A stretch of 64,000 nt of DNA from Corallochytrium limacisporum Hawaii (taxonomy: Eukaryota > Protista > Pluriformea): contig PDIP01000028.1 of assembly GCA_002811645.1 (NCBI GenBank), forward strand, positions 192,828 to 256,827, given 5' to 3'. Below are positions 1 through 12,900 of this stretch, in pieces. The notes beneath the pieces were generated by a model. The model was not told where the DNA came from. It worked only from the letters and a program-made list of their open reading frames with translations, and did not search any database. The position numbers were made by a program, and so were the translations under genes. The stretch's first letter is position 1; every line of letters begins with the position of its first letter.

Positions 1-3000
1 TTGTACGACTACGATGTGTTCAATGTCAAGCCAAAGTCAAAATAGTCCTTTTTTGAGAGTAGCAGGGACTCTTCGTTTGAATCAGCTATTGAAATATTTT
101 TTTATGATTGTTAAAAAGAGCAAAATATAATGAAATAGAATGGAATCAATATAAGTTATTATACAATCAAGATTAAAAAAGATCCTCGGGAGTCAAATTT
201 TTCGGAGTTTTGACCCTAACATACCAGACAGAGGGTGGTACATAAATGAACACTACAATTCGTCACGGTGACGAATTCCTCCCGTCTATTACATGTCCAC
301 CCATCCTATGCGTGGCAGTGCTCCGTTTTCATCATTGATACATATCCATCGTTCATCAGTAACATTCTAATCCCTTGCAATTCACTTTAATTTATTCCTC
401 TTCGGTTGTTGATGTCTTAATTCTGCCTTGGGCAGCTGATCTCCAAGAGGACGTGGGTTCGACACCACACCATCATCAACAACAGACACACCAACGACAA
501 CAACAACAACAAGAAAAAATAAACACTAGGCGACAGCAGAGTTACAGTATCGATCCCATGCCCAGCTACCGTTCTGTCCCGTTACGGTTTTTTTTCTTCC
601 CTTTAGTTCCACACTTCATTGCATCCCGTCCCAACAGACCATCCATGACGCTGTCACCATCTTTTGACTTCCATCTTTACATTGGACCAAAGGGGCTGGG
701 AAGGGGGTGGCTGGGTGGTGCTCATGGATTAGGTCCCACTTCCATCCCATTTGTTCACTAGGCCCATCATCATTACGATCATGGCCAACACGTTCGTGGA
801 TGGCTTTGTGTGGTGTTGTTGGGATGCTTAAGGACAATGACTATGGAGGGCGTAGTAGTCATATGGGCGCGCCGTTCACCGACAATACTTGGTCGACTTT
901 TGTACATGGGTACATGGCTCCGTGCATATGCCCCTTGTGGTATTGCACAAACCCAGTTCCAGCAACAGTACACCCAACTACTGTCAGTCATGGATTTAAA
1001 AAATGGTTGGTTCAATATAAAAACTGTCCAAGGAAAGAACCATAAAAAGGGGTGCTGGGGGAGGCCAGGGAGTGAGACAGGGGGGAGGGAGGTCAGGGAA
1101 GGGCCTGGGAGGGAAAAGCATGGGCGGCAGGGTGCGGCGGGAAAGATCAATCTTACGACTAGAAAGAGTCACGTATGCAGTACTGAACCTATGAAGACGA
1201 AATTTTGTCAGCTGGGGCGCGCTGTGACAGTGATGTCGGGAAAGGAAGCAAAATCCCGGAGGCTCGGAGTCAGCGGGAGAGAGCCGCAGAGAACCGAAGA
1301 CTCAAAACCCGTGATGCTCTAAAGGGGGTAGGTGAAATTTTGACCACCCCCCTCCGCCCGCTTCGGGACCTGCTCTCCTACCCTTACCCTGGAACCCCTT
1401 CTGAAAGGCATACAGCAGCAACGGATCGAGTGTTTTCCGGCTGAGACTGAAAGAAAGGAAGGAGTTAAAAAAGAGGGCGACATTAATGGCATACGTTCAG
1501 TACAGGCGGCAGGAGATCTCCTGTTTTTTTCTGCATTGCGTTTTTCGCCAATTTCATGGTATACGTGCAAGTAGACGCATCCCGTCTGTAGTGGACTCAC
1601 TTTAGGAAAAGATAGGAGCGCGATATTGATAGTATGCGCCACAGGGTACCCCCCCAAAAAGCGCGACGGGACGTCCATCTTTTCTACTATGTTGTACTAC
1701 GTCTATTCCTTATGCGTATCCCACTCTCTCTAATTTTGCGACGGTGGTATCGACCCTTCCTTCGGGATGTCCGTCTCACCTTTGTCCTTCACACAAACAC
1801 AGCACCCCTCCCTCTTCGTCCTCCCCCAGCGACTGAATCGAATACATGTGCACGGTTCTCCCACACTTGGGTCAGCAGGGTCTCAGCTGATGTATTTTTC
1901 AGTACTGAAAATACTACACGGAAGTAGCAAGTTATATAACTTTCGACGCTGCTAAGAGGAAACGGTTTTGAGAATTTTTTAAAAAAGTGAGTGAGCAGAT
2001 ATTCCGGACGACATCCTTTTGTCAGAGAGACCAATACATGTGGTGGGAAATGTATAGGAAAGGGTTTGTTCTTTATCCATGTCGGAGACCATTTAGAGTG
2101 ATCTGACGCCGGATGAAATTGCGGGTGCGTTTTTTCTTCAAGTGGGGGCGACACGACCGGAGTATTGTTCGGTATGGTGTAGTCAGGGTAGAGACACTTG
2201 GGTACCTGAAATGAGTGAAGTCAAACTTCCGGAACAAAGAGCAAAGTGGGACCAGCCCCACAGAGAGAGAGAGAGAGAGAGCGAGGGAATACACACAATG
2301 GCTCTTAGCTCTTGGCGCAGAGGGAGAGAGCGAGCGGGACACACAGAGTCCAAAAAGTATTCGTGCTTCTCTGTCCAGTATGCCCACGTTTGGCTCTCCA
2401 CATTCTGCTCCCCTCCCCTCCCTCCCCCAACTTCTTGTCCCTTGAGAGGGTTGATGAGATATATCTAACTCAATTGCCAAGACGTGTGCCAAAATGTACA
2501 TCTTGGCTTTTACAAAATCAAAATTTTCTGACACCGGTCGAGTCGGCAGGCAGAATCACAATTACGTCTTGGTCAGGCACGACACGGCAAGAGAGAGTGA
2601 GAGTGAGAGGAGATGCAGAAATTTGTACACACAGCTCGCGGTTCCATGGCAGGACTGCTGTCTTGTTTTCAAGTCTCATCAAAAAGAAACGCGCGAATAC
2701 TCTCATTACCAAAGATGCCTGGCGCGCGCGCGGGTTACCGCGCATCTATTTGTCCTCACCCCACCTTCGGTGCTGGTGGTACTCAATGACACGACCGGTA
2801 ACTCTCGCCCGCCTAATCATTTTCTCTGCCCAGGTCAGGGTGTGATTGCTGAGAGACAGAAGGGTGCCGCGGGAGAGAGCGAGGGTAACGGTAGAGAGAA
2901 AAATTGACCCAAAAAAAAAAGGGGGAAAGGCGGTGGAAAATGAAAGCCTATCGAAAAAAAGCAAAGAAAAGGTGAAAGAGACAAAATAGCGAGGAGAGTC

Positions 3001-4430
3001 TCAGCACAGACGGCAACGATAAGAAAAAAATACTAGCGAGCGGGAGAGGAAGAGCAGGGGGAGGGGGGGGGGAGGTAGAAACTAAGAGCACCGGAATGAG
3101 GGAACAAAACAAGTCCGAAAAATGGGAGGGAGAGAGAAGTAGGGGGCGTGTATACTGTGCGAAGGAGGGGTTGGGAGCCAAAATGGCATACAAAACGGGT
3201 GAAAGGGGACGGGGGAGGGGAGAGGGGGGGCCTACCACACGGCGGGAGAGTCTAGGGACTGAGTCAAAAATGAAACAAAAAAAGAAGCAGGAGGGAAAGA
3301 AACAGAACGAAAAAAATTAGAGAACCACGGGGACGGGGGGGGGGAGGGTGGAGGAGGGGCTTCGGGGACTATTGTAGAGCTGCTGCTGCTGCTTGCTGCT
3401 GGGTTGCCGCCTCTGTTCCTTTTTCCCTCCTTTCTCGTCTCTAGCCCAGTACACCCCCCCCCCCCGGGGGGAGGGGTTGTTCGAGCAAAATCTGGCCCCT
3501 TTCCCCCTCCATCTTTTACCCGTCGGTGCGTGTGTGTCCGACAGTTGTCTATGCCCATCCCTGAGCCTTTCTGGGAGTGCGAGACCGTTCCGGTGAGTCT
3601 CATGTACCGGGAAAAATTAAACTGATGGTCGCCTGGAGAAAAGTTTAACCGGAAGAAGAAGGGGGAGTGAAGAGGACGCGGAAACTGTGAAAAGGACCAA
3701 TTAAAGGGGGAAGGGTTTGGTGGTGGTTGTCTGCTTCGGTAAAAAATATGGGAAGGAATCAGGCATAGAGAGAAAAAGAGAGAGAGAAAGGGGTGAAAAG
3801 GGGGAGAGGGAAAGAGAAGGGGGGGAAGGGAGGTTGAAGATGAACAGACTCCTTTTCTTGCAAGAGGTGTGACTTTGCTACCGCTGATGGTGCCGTCGTG
3901 TATGTCTGTGTGTGCGTTGGTGCCAACGGAACCGACGATGGGCACCGCGTCGACGACAATCGTCTTCTCCGCGTTCCATTTCGGATGACTTGGGGGGAAA
4001 GATGACAAGAATTGAGAAGGATGAAGATTCGAATTGTTTCTGGGTTGCGTCGTCACCGGACGCACCAGGAGCGAGCACGGGATCGGCAGGTACATGGAGG
4101 ATGATATCAAACGAATACATGGTGTCAGAGGAGAAAAGGTAAGTAAAGTGACATTTCGGCGAAAGTGAGCTGATAAAGAATACAAATCTAAAACGAGTGC
4201 AACGTCAGAGTGCTAAGATAGTATCAGATCGAAACCAGCAGTGTGTGATAGGCAAACGGATTGAAGGTTTTGGAAAGTACCGAGCTATGTCTATTATGTG
4301 GAAGTACTGATACGGAACAAAGGGATCGATTATTCAAGTGTAGGCTGTCAGTTATAGTAGCTTGTGCTTGGGTCATACAGCTCCCATATTTGAACAGAAA
4401 AAGAACACAACCAATCATATATAAGCAGAA

Positions 4431-6761
4431 ATGGAAAGGGCCATGAACTTGAGGCGCCTTTCGCGGCGGCGGGACTCATTGCCCACCGCAACATTACCAG
4501 ATCTCAGCAAGGGTAAGGAGCGCGAAGAAACAGCTCCTACACGAAACAGTATCAATATTCCGAACTTGAAGCGTCAGCACAGTGATGTCAGTGCACCTGA
4601 CGCAGATGTCTGCCTCTGGCAAGACGATGACGTGCCCGCCATGGGAGAGACCGGAAGCATCAGTAGTTCACAGGTCCGGAAGAAGACACGGTTCGCTCTC
4701 GTAAAGGAATCAGACAGCACTAGCAGTAGCGCAAGCAGTGGCTCGAAAGGCAAAGGCAAGGATAGCAATATTCAGTCTGATGCTGTCGATGGCAGCAATG
4801 TGGACGAAATCAACGGTGAGATTATGGCTACCTTGGCGGCTGTCCGCGGCAACGACGGTGCCGAGTCAGTTTCAGCGGAGCAGTGGCTTGAGAAGCGCGG
4901 CTCACTCGGATCTATGCATAGCAATGGATTTGAGGGTTTGCTGGCGGGCCAGCGCCTGAGCATGACCGAATGGTTGGAGGCAAACGATGAGAGCAACGTC
5001 GAGGACAGTTCGAACATGGACGAAGACGGTCGGTCGTCCACGAGCTACTACGAACACCACAGTGAAATTTGTGCCATGCCGGACGGCAAGACGTCAGATG
5101 ATATGCAGGTTGCCAAGAGCGCAGAGTTCCGAGGACTGGCAGATCTGCCTGGCGATGCCATTGTTAATGTTGTTGAGTACTTGGACGAACTTCTTGACGT
5201 CCGCAACCTCTTCTCATCGTGCCCTCAGGCTGGCTGGGACACCAGCGACCTCCTGACTCGTCGCCTCGTCCACAAGATTGCCAGCAAGAGCCGTCGTCCG
5301 TACATCCGTGCCCACGCGCGGGACGTGCTCCACAGCCATCGCCAGCCCCTGGAATGGCTTATGTTCTTCACTACCACCAGGCGTACCCTACCTAGTGTAC
5401 AGAGCAACGCGTTCTGGTATATTCGTAGTCTGGAAGCCTTCAAAGAGGTAATGAAATCCGAGGAGGTTGGCAATGTTGGTGAATGGTATGACCATCCCAT
5501 GGTCATGGAACACCTGATGAACATCGCTAGCCTGCGCAAAGTTGTCAACCAGGACGTCCTGGAGCTGACTGCCACCAAGACCGCTCTCCTGGAACTGCAG
5601 GCCAGCGTCATGCTGCGCGCTGCTCACCAGATGCTAGACCGGTGCGTGAGATTGTGGATTGATCTTGGTCTGCTCACGGAAGACCTGAACACCATCAGTG
5701 CTCGTCTCCATACACAGGCCACTGCCAGCAACAATGACCACCACCACAACCAAGGCTCCCGCAGCACCTGGCAGGAATGGAAGGACAGTGGTTCCCGCTG
5801 GGTCCACTCCGTGTCCGGACTCTTCACCGCCTTGTCTGTGGCCAGCGGTAAGCCGATTGACCTCATGGCCCTGCGCAAGACCCTGCTTAACAAGCGCAAC
5901 GGTTGCAAGATCTGCCGCAAGCTCATCAGCGGCCGCGACCTCGAACTCATGCTGGCAGCCTTCTTCGCCAAGGGAAATCCTGAGGTCTATCGTCAGTACT
6001 TGCGTCAACGTGATGCTGAGGATGGACCGCAGTTGCCTGAAGGCCTGGTCATTCCGCAGCAGCATCAGCCACAACCTCAGCAACAGCAGAGTGCAACTTC
6101 GACGGGTCCGCTGGCGGACCCATCAACACCTTTCAGTGCACACACATCGCTGATGTCTCCTTCCACTGTCGCAAACTCATCCATTCTCGACGTCGCCAAG
6201 GACCCTATCGCTCTGTGGGTCGACCTCGCGGTCTGTCTACAGAAGACAGTGAAACAGGTTGAGCTCGTCTGCCCCGACGGGGTGGTCACAATGCCCACGA
6301 ATCATGCCATCGGTGCCCGCCCCGGAGCTCTGAGCATTGACTTTGCCGCCCAGGCCGCAGGCATGCGCGAGGGCCGCAAGGGTAACACCGGCAGTATCAT
6401 CCAAATCCTTCTGTCCGTGGCCCATTGCTGCCGTCAGTGGCACACGCGCGCTCCGGCTGCCAACTACGAGCCCTATAACCGCAGCGCACCCCCAGACTAC
6501 TGGCCAATTGCGCAGCTGCTCGGCGGCAGGGGTGTATCGTGGATCTGCCAGCGCCTGCGTGAAGGTACCAGTCAAACTACGCTCCAGAAGCGCCTGGATC
6601 GCTGTGTCTTCCGTCGCGCTGCTGTGGCTCACATCGAGGATCCTACTCCTGCGCGTCATGTTGTCGCCAGTGAACCGACCAAGGTCATTGCCGTGCCCGT
6701 GCCCCAGTTGCTTACATCGCAAGTGGCCGTGCCCAACATGACTTTGTGGAGCCTTCCCTGA
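4431..6761 (+). CDS. F-box-like protein with low-complexity N-terminus and unrecognised C-terminal region
   Basis: 776-aa ATG-started intronless ORF. F-box-like segment LADLPGDAIVNVVEYLDELLDVRNLFSSCP. AATAAA about 30 nt after the stop. Confidence 0.7.
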   Translation: MERAMNLRRLSRRRDSLPTATLPDLSKGKEREETAPTRNSINIPNLKRQHSDVSAPDADVCLWQDDDVPAMGETGSISSSQVRKKTRFALVKESDSTSSSASSGSKGKGKDSNIQSDAVDGSNVDEINGEIMATLAAVRGNDGAESVSAEQWLEKRGSLGSMHSNGFEGLLAGQRLSMTEWLEANDESNVEDSSNMDEDGRSSTSYYEHHSEICAMPDGKTSDDMQVAKSAEFRGLADLPGDAIVNVVEYLDELLDVRNLFSSCPQAGWDTSDLLTRRLVHKIASKSRRPYIRAHARDVLHSHRQPLEWLMFFTTTRRTLPSVQSNAFWYIRSLEAFKEVMKSEEVGNVGEWYDHPMVMEHLMNIASLRKVVNQDVLELTATKTALLELQASVMLRAAHQMLDRCVRLWIDLGLLTEDLNTISARLHTQATASNNDHHHNQGSRSTWQEWKDSGSRWVHSVSGLFTALSVASGKPIDLMALRKTLLNKRNGCKICRKLISGRDLELMLAAFFAKGNPEVYRQYLRQRDAEDGPQLPEGLVIPQQHQPQPQQQQSATSTGPLADPSTPFSAHTSLMSPSTVANSSILDVAKDPIALWVDLAVCLQKTVKQVELVCPDGVVTMPTNHAIGARPGALSIDFAAQAAGMREGRKGNTGSIIQILLSVAHCCRQWHTRAPAANYEPYNRSAPPDYWPIAQLLGGRGVSWICQRLREGTSQTTLQKRLDRCVFRRAAVAHIEDPTPARHVVASEPTKVIAVPVPQLLTSQVAVPNMTLWSLP

Positions 6762-7447
6762 AAGTACGGGGAAACTTGACAGAGAATTAATAAACTTGAA
6801 AAGCCAATACAACATGATTCAAAACAGTCAGTTAGATCCTCCTCTCCCTTTCTACAATGGCAGATTGCTCAACGCAGAGAACTCGCCCCTTTCGATCAAT
6901 GTTCCTGTCGCCCGGTGGCCGGAGCGTTTCCAGTTTTTGTGCCGGGTTGTATACCAGTGAATGCCAGGGGCCTCTTTTTGTTCTTGGCCCCCCCCCCCCC
7001 CAAACCGCCGTCGCTGTGTGTGTTAGTAATCTCACAATATGCTTTCTGCTTTCGGGCGCGAAATTTTCGAAGAGATGGGGGGGCTACTGCGCGGCTGCGA
7101 AAGGGGGTGGGGTCTGTGGCGAAGGGGAGGTGAGGGGGGAGAGATGGTGAAAATAAGGGGGGGGAAGAGACCAGCGGGATATGGGTGAGTGCGAAAGGAG
7201 GGAGGCGGTCCAAACCTGAAAGAACCTCCACACTTGTGCAAGTCAGGTCTCACCCCCCACGCTATCAGTGGACGCAAAGATACAAAAGTGTTGCTTACCA
7301 GCGGTCCGGTTTGTTTTTCTTCTGAATGTGCAATTATTTCAGACGTCCGGATCAGCCTGAACGTGAATTGTGTGCAATGATACTGTTGGCCGAAGGAGAA
7401 AGGGACGTGACTTCGTGTTGTGTGGCCTAGGTTCGTATGGCGTGATT

Positions 7448-9982
7448 ATGGGTGAGCCGTCTGAAAAGGACTGCCACTATGGATCCAATCCGTTCGGGAC
7501 CCGGAAATACTTTGCATTTTGCAGCCAGTTCTGGAACCATCCAAGTTTTGTCGATCTATGCGAGAAATTCGATGACACATTTCCAAATGCTTCCATAGGA
7601 CGTGCACTTGGCGTGGACGGGTTCCAGGTCAGATACAAGGATGATCTTTCCTCCCGTTCCATCATCGCAGCCGGTTTGTATGCTATGACATGTTTTCAGC
7701 CGCCGTGGCCTATCACCGACCTCCCTGTCTCGGTCGAGGAGGAGGAAGAAGAATGGTCGGGACCCTCACAGAGCGCTGAGCATGTAATCTGTTCAACAGA
7801 GTCTCAAAGGCAGAGTCGAGCCTCATCGACACAAGCAGCGACGGAAGTGATTGGGGACGATGCAGCAGAGGCACCGGCACCAACGACCTCTAACATCCAG
7901 CGAACTTTGAAATTTAGTCCAGAAAGTGCGGATGTTATGCCGTTGAAACGGAAGATTGATTTTGGAGAGACAGCGGAAGATCCACACTCGCCACGCATGT
8001 TGTCATTGAAACGACGAATGGACTCAATTTTATCCGATGACGAAGACAAGGCAAACAATTCTCCTGGACATGGAACTCATCAGCATAGTGAAATACTTAC
8101 TGACAGTGCCAGTAAACGGCGTCGGGATGCCAAGGAGAATGTTCGTGACTCCGTGGACTTCGGACGGGACGAGTCATCGTTCGAACTTCGCCAGGCCAAC
8201 GTGTCTGGTCACCTGCTTGACCAGAGCGACATTCCCACAGAGGCGTCCCTCGTCGATTACCTTCCGACTCAGCACTCCAACAATCCAATCCCGCCCAATT
8301 TGCGGTTCCAGCGAACCCCATTCAGCGAGAACCGCATCCTGGGCAATATGCAAGACGTCATTGCCGTCCCATTGGAGTCCAGTGGTGTGAAGGATGTCAA
8401 GAACCAGCGCATGATTGCCATTCGGAGTGATCCTTCACAGATGCTTCCCGGGGAAGTATGGACTCGAATCTTTACCTTCCTCGACTATAAGACCTTGAAG
8501 CAGGTGGCGCGCACCTGTCGTCTCTTTAGAGCACTTGTTTGGCATCCCGCACAGTGGGACAAACGTATCTTCTACATCCAAGACAATCACATTCTAACCA
8601 GCGCGTACTTGAACAGGATCTTTGCACTTGGTCCGGAGATGTTGCATGCAGGGTACCTGGTTCGGCATAGGGAGGATGATCGTAAGGCGGAGGGCCAGGG
8701 GTCGGCGGTTTCTGCTGGTCTGAAATTGGTAAAAGATCTTGTCGTGTACAATGTCTTGGGGCGGCCGCAAAGCGGTCTCGCGCGGACGGCAGAGATGGCG
8801 GCGGATGGCCTGAAAATGATCAAACATCTGGACCTCCACTCACATAGCATGTGGCGATATGTACTCGGGCTGCTGCAGTATGTGGATTACTTGGATCTGG
8901 AGACCCTCAACGTGAGCACTCATACGTCCAGTGCTGACGTCCAGCGGATTCTAAATCTGTCTCCGAAGCTCCGAACTCTGGTCGTTGACAATTGGGGACC
9001 TGATCTCGTTCTGCCAAAATCACTTGTTCATCTCAAGATAACAGCCCAGATTCGTTTAGACGGAAGAGGATGGCCACCCCTGCCGAACCTGCAGACTTTG
9101 CATTTAGATTGCCGCCGATTCAACAGGAACAACAACGTCCAGGGCCCGGTTGAGATTGGTTCTAACTCTTTGAGTCGGCTGGCAGAGATCCCGGAGCACT
9201 ATCCCAACTTGCGCCATCTGGACTTGACCGGACTGTGGAGCACCTTATTCGTGGATGACTATATGGTGCCTGAGCAGCAGAATGTTCTCAACATGTGCAA
9301 GACTTTGTTGCAGGGCCTTCCAGAATTGATTTTCTTCAACATGAACGTACCCACTCCATTCTATAACAGCCGCACAGCTTTTCTTGATACGGTTGTACGC
9401 CACCCGAGTCTGCGTACACTCGTGATGAACCACGGTGTATTCGAGTTTGATGACCTTGGCCCAGTTGCTCGATTCTACATCAAGCTCATGAGGAAAGCAC
9501 CCCATGTGTACGTTGCCCGCGGTCTGGGCCTGGAACAATTGTTGGAATTCGACCACTTCATGCCGGAACCGTACCAATTCATCCGCTACCATCGCATGGA
9601 TGGGCTGAGAATGCAATGGCAGGATCCGCAGACAATGCCAGTGGATCGGAACACTGGAGTGGACGGCAGCTCTTTTGCCGATCACTGGTTGCATCGCATG
9701 TACAAATTGAATGCGACTGAACCCTGGTCTCGTGTACCGCTTGAAACCAGAGCCCAGATAGACAGTTTCTGGGTCACCATGGGCGAAGCGTACCACGACT
9801 TGATTGAGTGGGAGCACCGACGGGATGACGAACCCTCGTACACGATGGAGTATGTCTGCTTCGACGACGACGACGAAGAACAAGAGTCTGTCATATCCGG
9901 ATCAGAGTCCGGGTCGAGACCCGAGTCCGAAGATGAAGATCGGGTGGAAGATGACGAAGACGACGAAGATGATGTGGACTGA
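7448..9982 (+). CDS. F-box/LRR-like protein (FBXL type)
   Basis: Clear F-box LPGEVWTRIFTFLDYKTLKQVARTCRLFRALVWHPAQW, followed by LxxLxL repeats (LPNLQTLHL, YPNLRHLDL, PKLRTLVV) and an acidic tail. First in-frame ATG is at 7448; the ORF track start at 7370 is non-ATG. Confidence 0.85.
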   Translation: MGEPSEKDCHYGSNPFGTRKYFAFCSQFWNHPSFVDLCEKFDDTFPNASIGRALGVDGFQVRYKDDLSSRSIIAAGLYAMTCFQPPWPITDLPVSVEEEEEEWSGPSQSAEHVICSTESQRQSRASSTQAATEVIGDDAAEAPAPTTSNIQRTLKFSPESADVMPLKRKIDFGETAEDPHSPRMLSLKRRMDSILSDDEDKANNSPGHGTHQHSEILTDSASKRRRDAKENVRDSVDFGRDESSFELRQANVSGHLLDQSDIPTEASLVDYLPTQHSNNPIPPNLRFQRTPFSENRILGNMQDVIAVPLESSGVKDVKNQRMIAIRSDPSQMLPGEVWTRIFTFLDYKTLKQVARTCRLFRALVWHPAQWDKRIFYIQDNHILTSAYLNRIFALGPEMLHAGYLVRHREDDRKAEGQGSAVSAGLKLVKDLVVYNVLGRPQSGLARTAEMAADGLKMIKHLDLHSHSMWRYVLGLLQYVDYLDLETLNVSTHTSSADVQRILNLSPKLRTLVVDNWGPDLVLPKSLVHLKITAQIRLDGRGWPPLPNLQTLHLDCRRFNRNNNVQGPVEIGSNSLSRLAEIPEHYPNLRHLDLTGLWSTLFVDDYMVPEQQNVLNMCKTLLQGLPELIFFNMNVPTPFYNSRTAFLDTVVRHPSLRTLVMNHGVFEFDDLGPVARFYIKLMRKAPHVYVARGLGLEQLLEFDHFMPEPYQFIRYHRMDGLRMQWQDPQTMPVDRNTGVDGSSFADHWLHRMYKLNATEPWSRVPLETRAQIDSFWVTMGEAYHDLIEWEHRRDDEPSYTMEYVCFDDDDEEQESVISGSESGSRPESEDEDRVEDDEDDEDDVD

Positions 9983-12900
9983 AGGAACCGGGCAAATCCA
10001 GGCGAATAATCTGGAGTCTATTTTCGGGTACCAGAAACCGGGTCTCCATAGGGGCCCCAACCAGCTCTACGAATATTGATCTGTTTTGTGCATAAACCTT
10101 AGAAAATGGCTAGACACACAACTCTCACTCTCTGTCTCTCTACTACGAGACCTAAAGTGACGCCACAATTCTAACCTTGCAGTGGTGCCCCCCTCGGTGG
10201 GCAAGTAACCATGAATGGTACCTTTACGGAGGCCCGTTTCACTGGCGTTCCGTTAGTTGACTACTGTTCCGTGTTAACCATGTCTTTCGATGTGATTCCC
10301 AGTTCTTGACGTAAAGTGACGATGATGACGACGCTTGTGTCCACAAACATAGGCAAAACTGTCATTGACCGGCACGAATGTGAGAAAAGAAGTACTCTAT
10401 CAAACGATGAAAAGGCTGTCCCGTTCCCGTCCTGCATCATGTTTGACTGACTTGTCTCGAGTTGTGGTACAGATGTCATTGCTTTGATCTGCCCGATCAC
10501 TTCATTGCTGTGCATGTACGTAGTCAGTAATACAATCAACCTCCCACTAATAATCACGAGCGTTTCATCCGCGGCCGGGACGTGCATGCAAGCCAGCAAC
10601 TTTTTCATGCACACACAAAAAACACACGCCCCAGAGCAATAAATGAACTCCAACATCTCTCGCTGAATCTAAAGCCCAAAGAAAAAGAGGACGATGATGT
10701 ACGCCTGTCTGTGTCCTCGCCACAAAGAAAAAAAAATCCCACCACCGCCTTTGGCCCGTCCTTCTGTCTCCCTGTCTCTGTGTGTGCTTGTGTGTGTGTA
10801 TATATATACATGTGTAACTCTCTGTCTCGCTACAACTTGGGTCCACCCACACACTCCTTCTACGGATCTTTCCTTTCCCGTTCGAAATCTGGGCCACATG
10901 CAACACTTTGAACTCGCCTCTCCCCATCATTCGATACTTAATATACTGCAGTTGTTGAGAATGATTGCACCGTCAGGAGGATCCACCCCCCGGGGCACAT
11001 GCACATCGCCAGCATCCAATGTACTGGAGCGATGATGCACATGGGCAAGGGTACCGGCCGTGGATTCAGGCGGACTGTTTTAAGTATTGAAAGTATGGAC
11101 TCATGGCCACAGTCTCGGGGGCTAGCGCAAGGACCCTCTCTACAGAAAATCCGTGACACATCCTGCTCGAAATGATTTTTCAGTCCATTCATTATGTACG
11201 TAAGGCACGTCAGAAAATGTTCCACTCGACCGTTTTGGTACTCTCGTCTTCCTTTCTCTCACTACTCGCGTGTCCTCCTTGTCTTTTCCCCGATCTCTAT
11301 ACTGAAAAAATGGACCCCGTCCTGATAAAAAGTATCGTTCCCAAAGGACATCGCGGATCGCGGGTTCTTACTCGCCACCCACCCCGGGGCGCCTTCCTTT
11401 GCGCGGAGAATTTTCTTTCCCGTTTGTTTGGCATAGGAAACAACGGGGCAGAGTGGTGGTGGGCGGAGGAGACAAATCACAAAACAAAGAAAAAGAAAGG
11501 AAAAAGAAAGGAAAAAGAAAGGGGAAAGTATAAAAAGTGTTGTGGGTTGTTGCCGCGGGGTCGAGGGGACGATGGCCAGCCGCGTTGCAACGTCAAAAGG
11601 GAAGAGTGGGGTGTTTACTTGCTTTTGAAAAGGGGGGAGGTGGGGGGGGGAGAGAGCTGGACGTTTGTGTGGCTGGCCGGTGGTGGCTTTTGCCCCTTTT
11701 TGTTTTTACTTGGGGCTGGCTTGCTGCTCTGCTCTCATTCTTTCTTTCGGACCCGGGACAAAACCGAAAATTTAATTTGGTTTGGCTTGGCTTGGCAGCA
11801 GCAGCAGCAGCCACTGGTGCTCACCACCCAGCACCCCAGTAACCCCCCCCCGTCCTGGCTTTGACGTTGGTTCCTGGGTAGTCTCGGTTTTGTTTTTTTG
11901 TTTTTCCCCGCGCCCCGGTGTTTTCCTGCCCCCCCCCCCTTTTTTTCTTTGTCTTTGGTGGAAAATCGCTTGGAGACCCAGGGAAGAGGGGGGTGGGAGA
12001 CGACGGGTTGATTGGTTAATAGTGAAAGTACGGCATAGTCGGAGACTGATGGGAAAATTTGGAGTCGCGGTTGGCGGCTCGACCCTCCCCCCCCTCCCGG
12101 CCGGGGGGAGGAGGAGGAGGTGGGAGAGACCACCCACCAAAGGGAAAGAAGGGAAACCCGAACGGTAGGCACGATGATACCATCGCCTGCAGCGGCTGGA
12201 AATCAGATAGGTCCTACCAAATGTCAGAGCATATATTTTCATACTTAAACACCTACTAGAAAGATGAAAATGTGATAATATAGTACCCCCTCCTCTTCCC
12301 CAAACGCAGGGCTGATGGAAACAAGCAAAAGGGGGCCCCCGGTGAGAATGGCCTCTTTTTCGGTTACGGTGCTGCGTGCGTGGGTGGCGAACGATAGAAC
12401 GAAGAGCGGGGGTAGGCCAGCCACTACGGGGGCAGGTGCCCTGTTGCCAGAAATATGCGCGCACAGAGGAGAAAAAATAATAGCACATTTACTATCGCAA
12501 ATGGGGCAGAAAAACGATAGGTAAGTAAAAGAAGAGGGAAAAGTGGAAGAAAGAACGAGGAAAAGCAAAAGGAAGGGGAACGAAAAAAGAAAAAACCAAG
12601 GGCCAAATGGGCGGGCAGGGCAAGTCCACTCTGCACAGTGAGCAAAGATGGGAGTCAGTTTTTTCGCCCGGGGAAGTGGTAGTTTAGTAGCAGTAGTAAC
12701 TATAAAAAATCGGTGCCCGTTAGCACCGGTTGGCCCAGCCTTTTTTGGGCCTACTCCTTTAGACAGGACCAATGGCCCAAAAGAGCGAGAGAGAGAGCGC
12801 GGCAGGCCTCGATAAAGAAAACAGGAGGAGAGGGGGTGTGTGTGTGTGGACACAGAGAGAGAGAGAGAGAGATTGCATGGTAGCTTTGCTATGAATAAAG

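Noticed and set aside
4137-4146. TTACTTACCT on the minus strand resembling the U1 snRNA 5' end, or GTAAGT as a splice donor on the plus strand
   Set aside because: No U1 stem-loops or Sm site follow, and the acceptors I tested near 4397-4428 do not join in frame to the 4431 ORF. A hexamer like this is expected many times by chance.
375-4420. Many short ORFs, including the 317-aa minus-strand ORF at 3232-4185
   Set aside because: Low-complexity P/S/F or G/E/K translations from purine or pyrimidine tracts, mostly non-ATG starts, no recognisable motifs.
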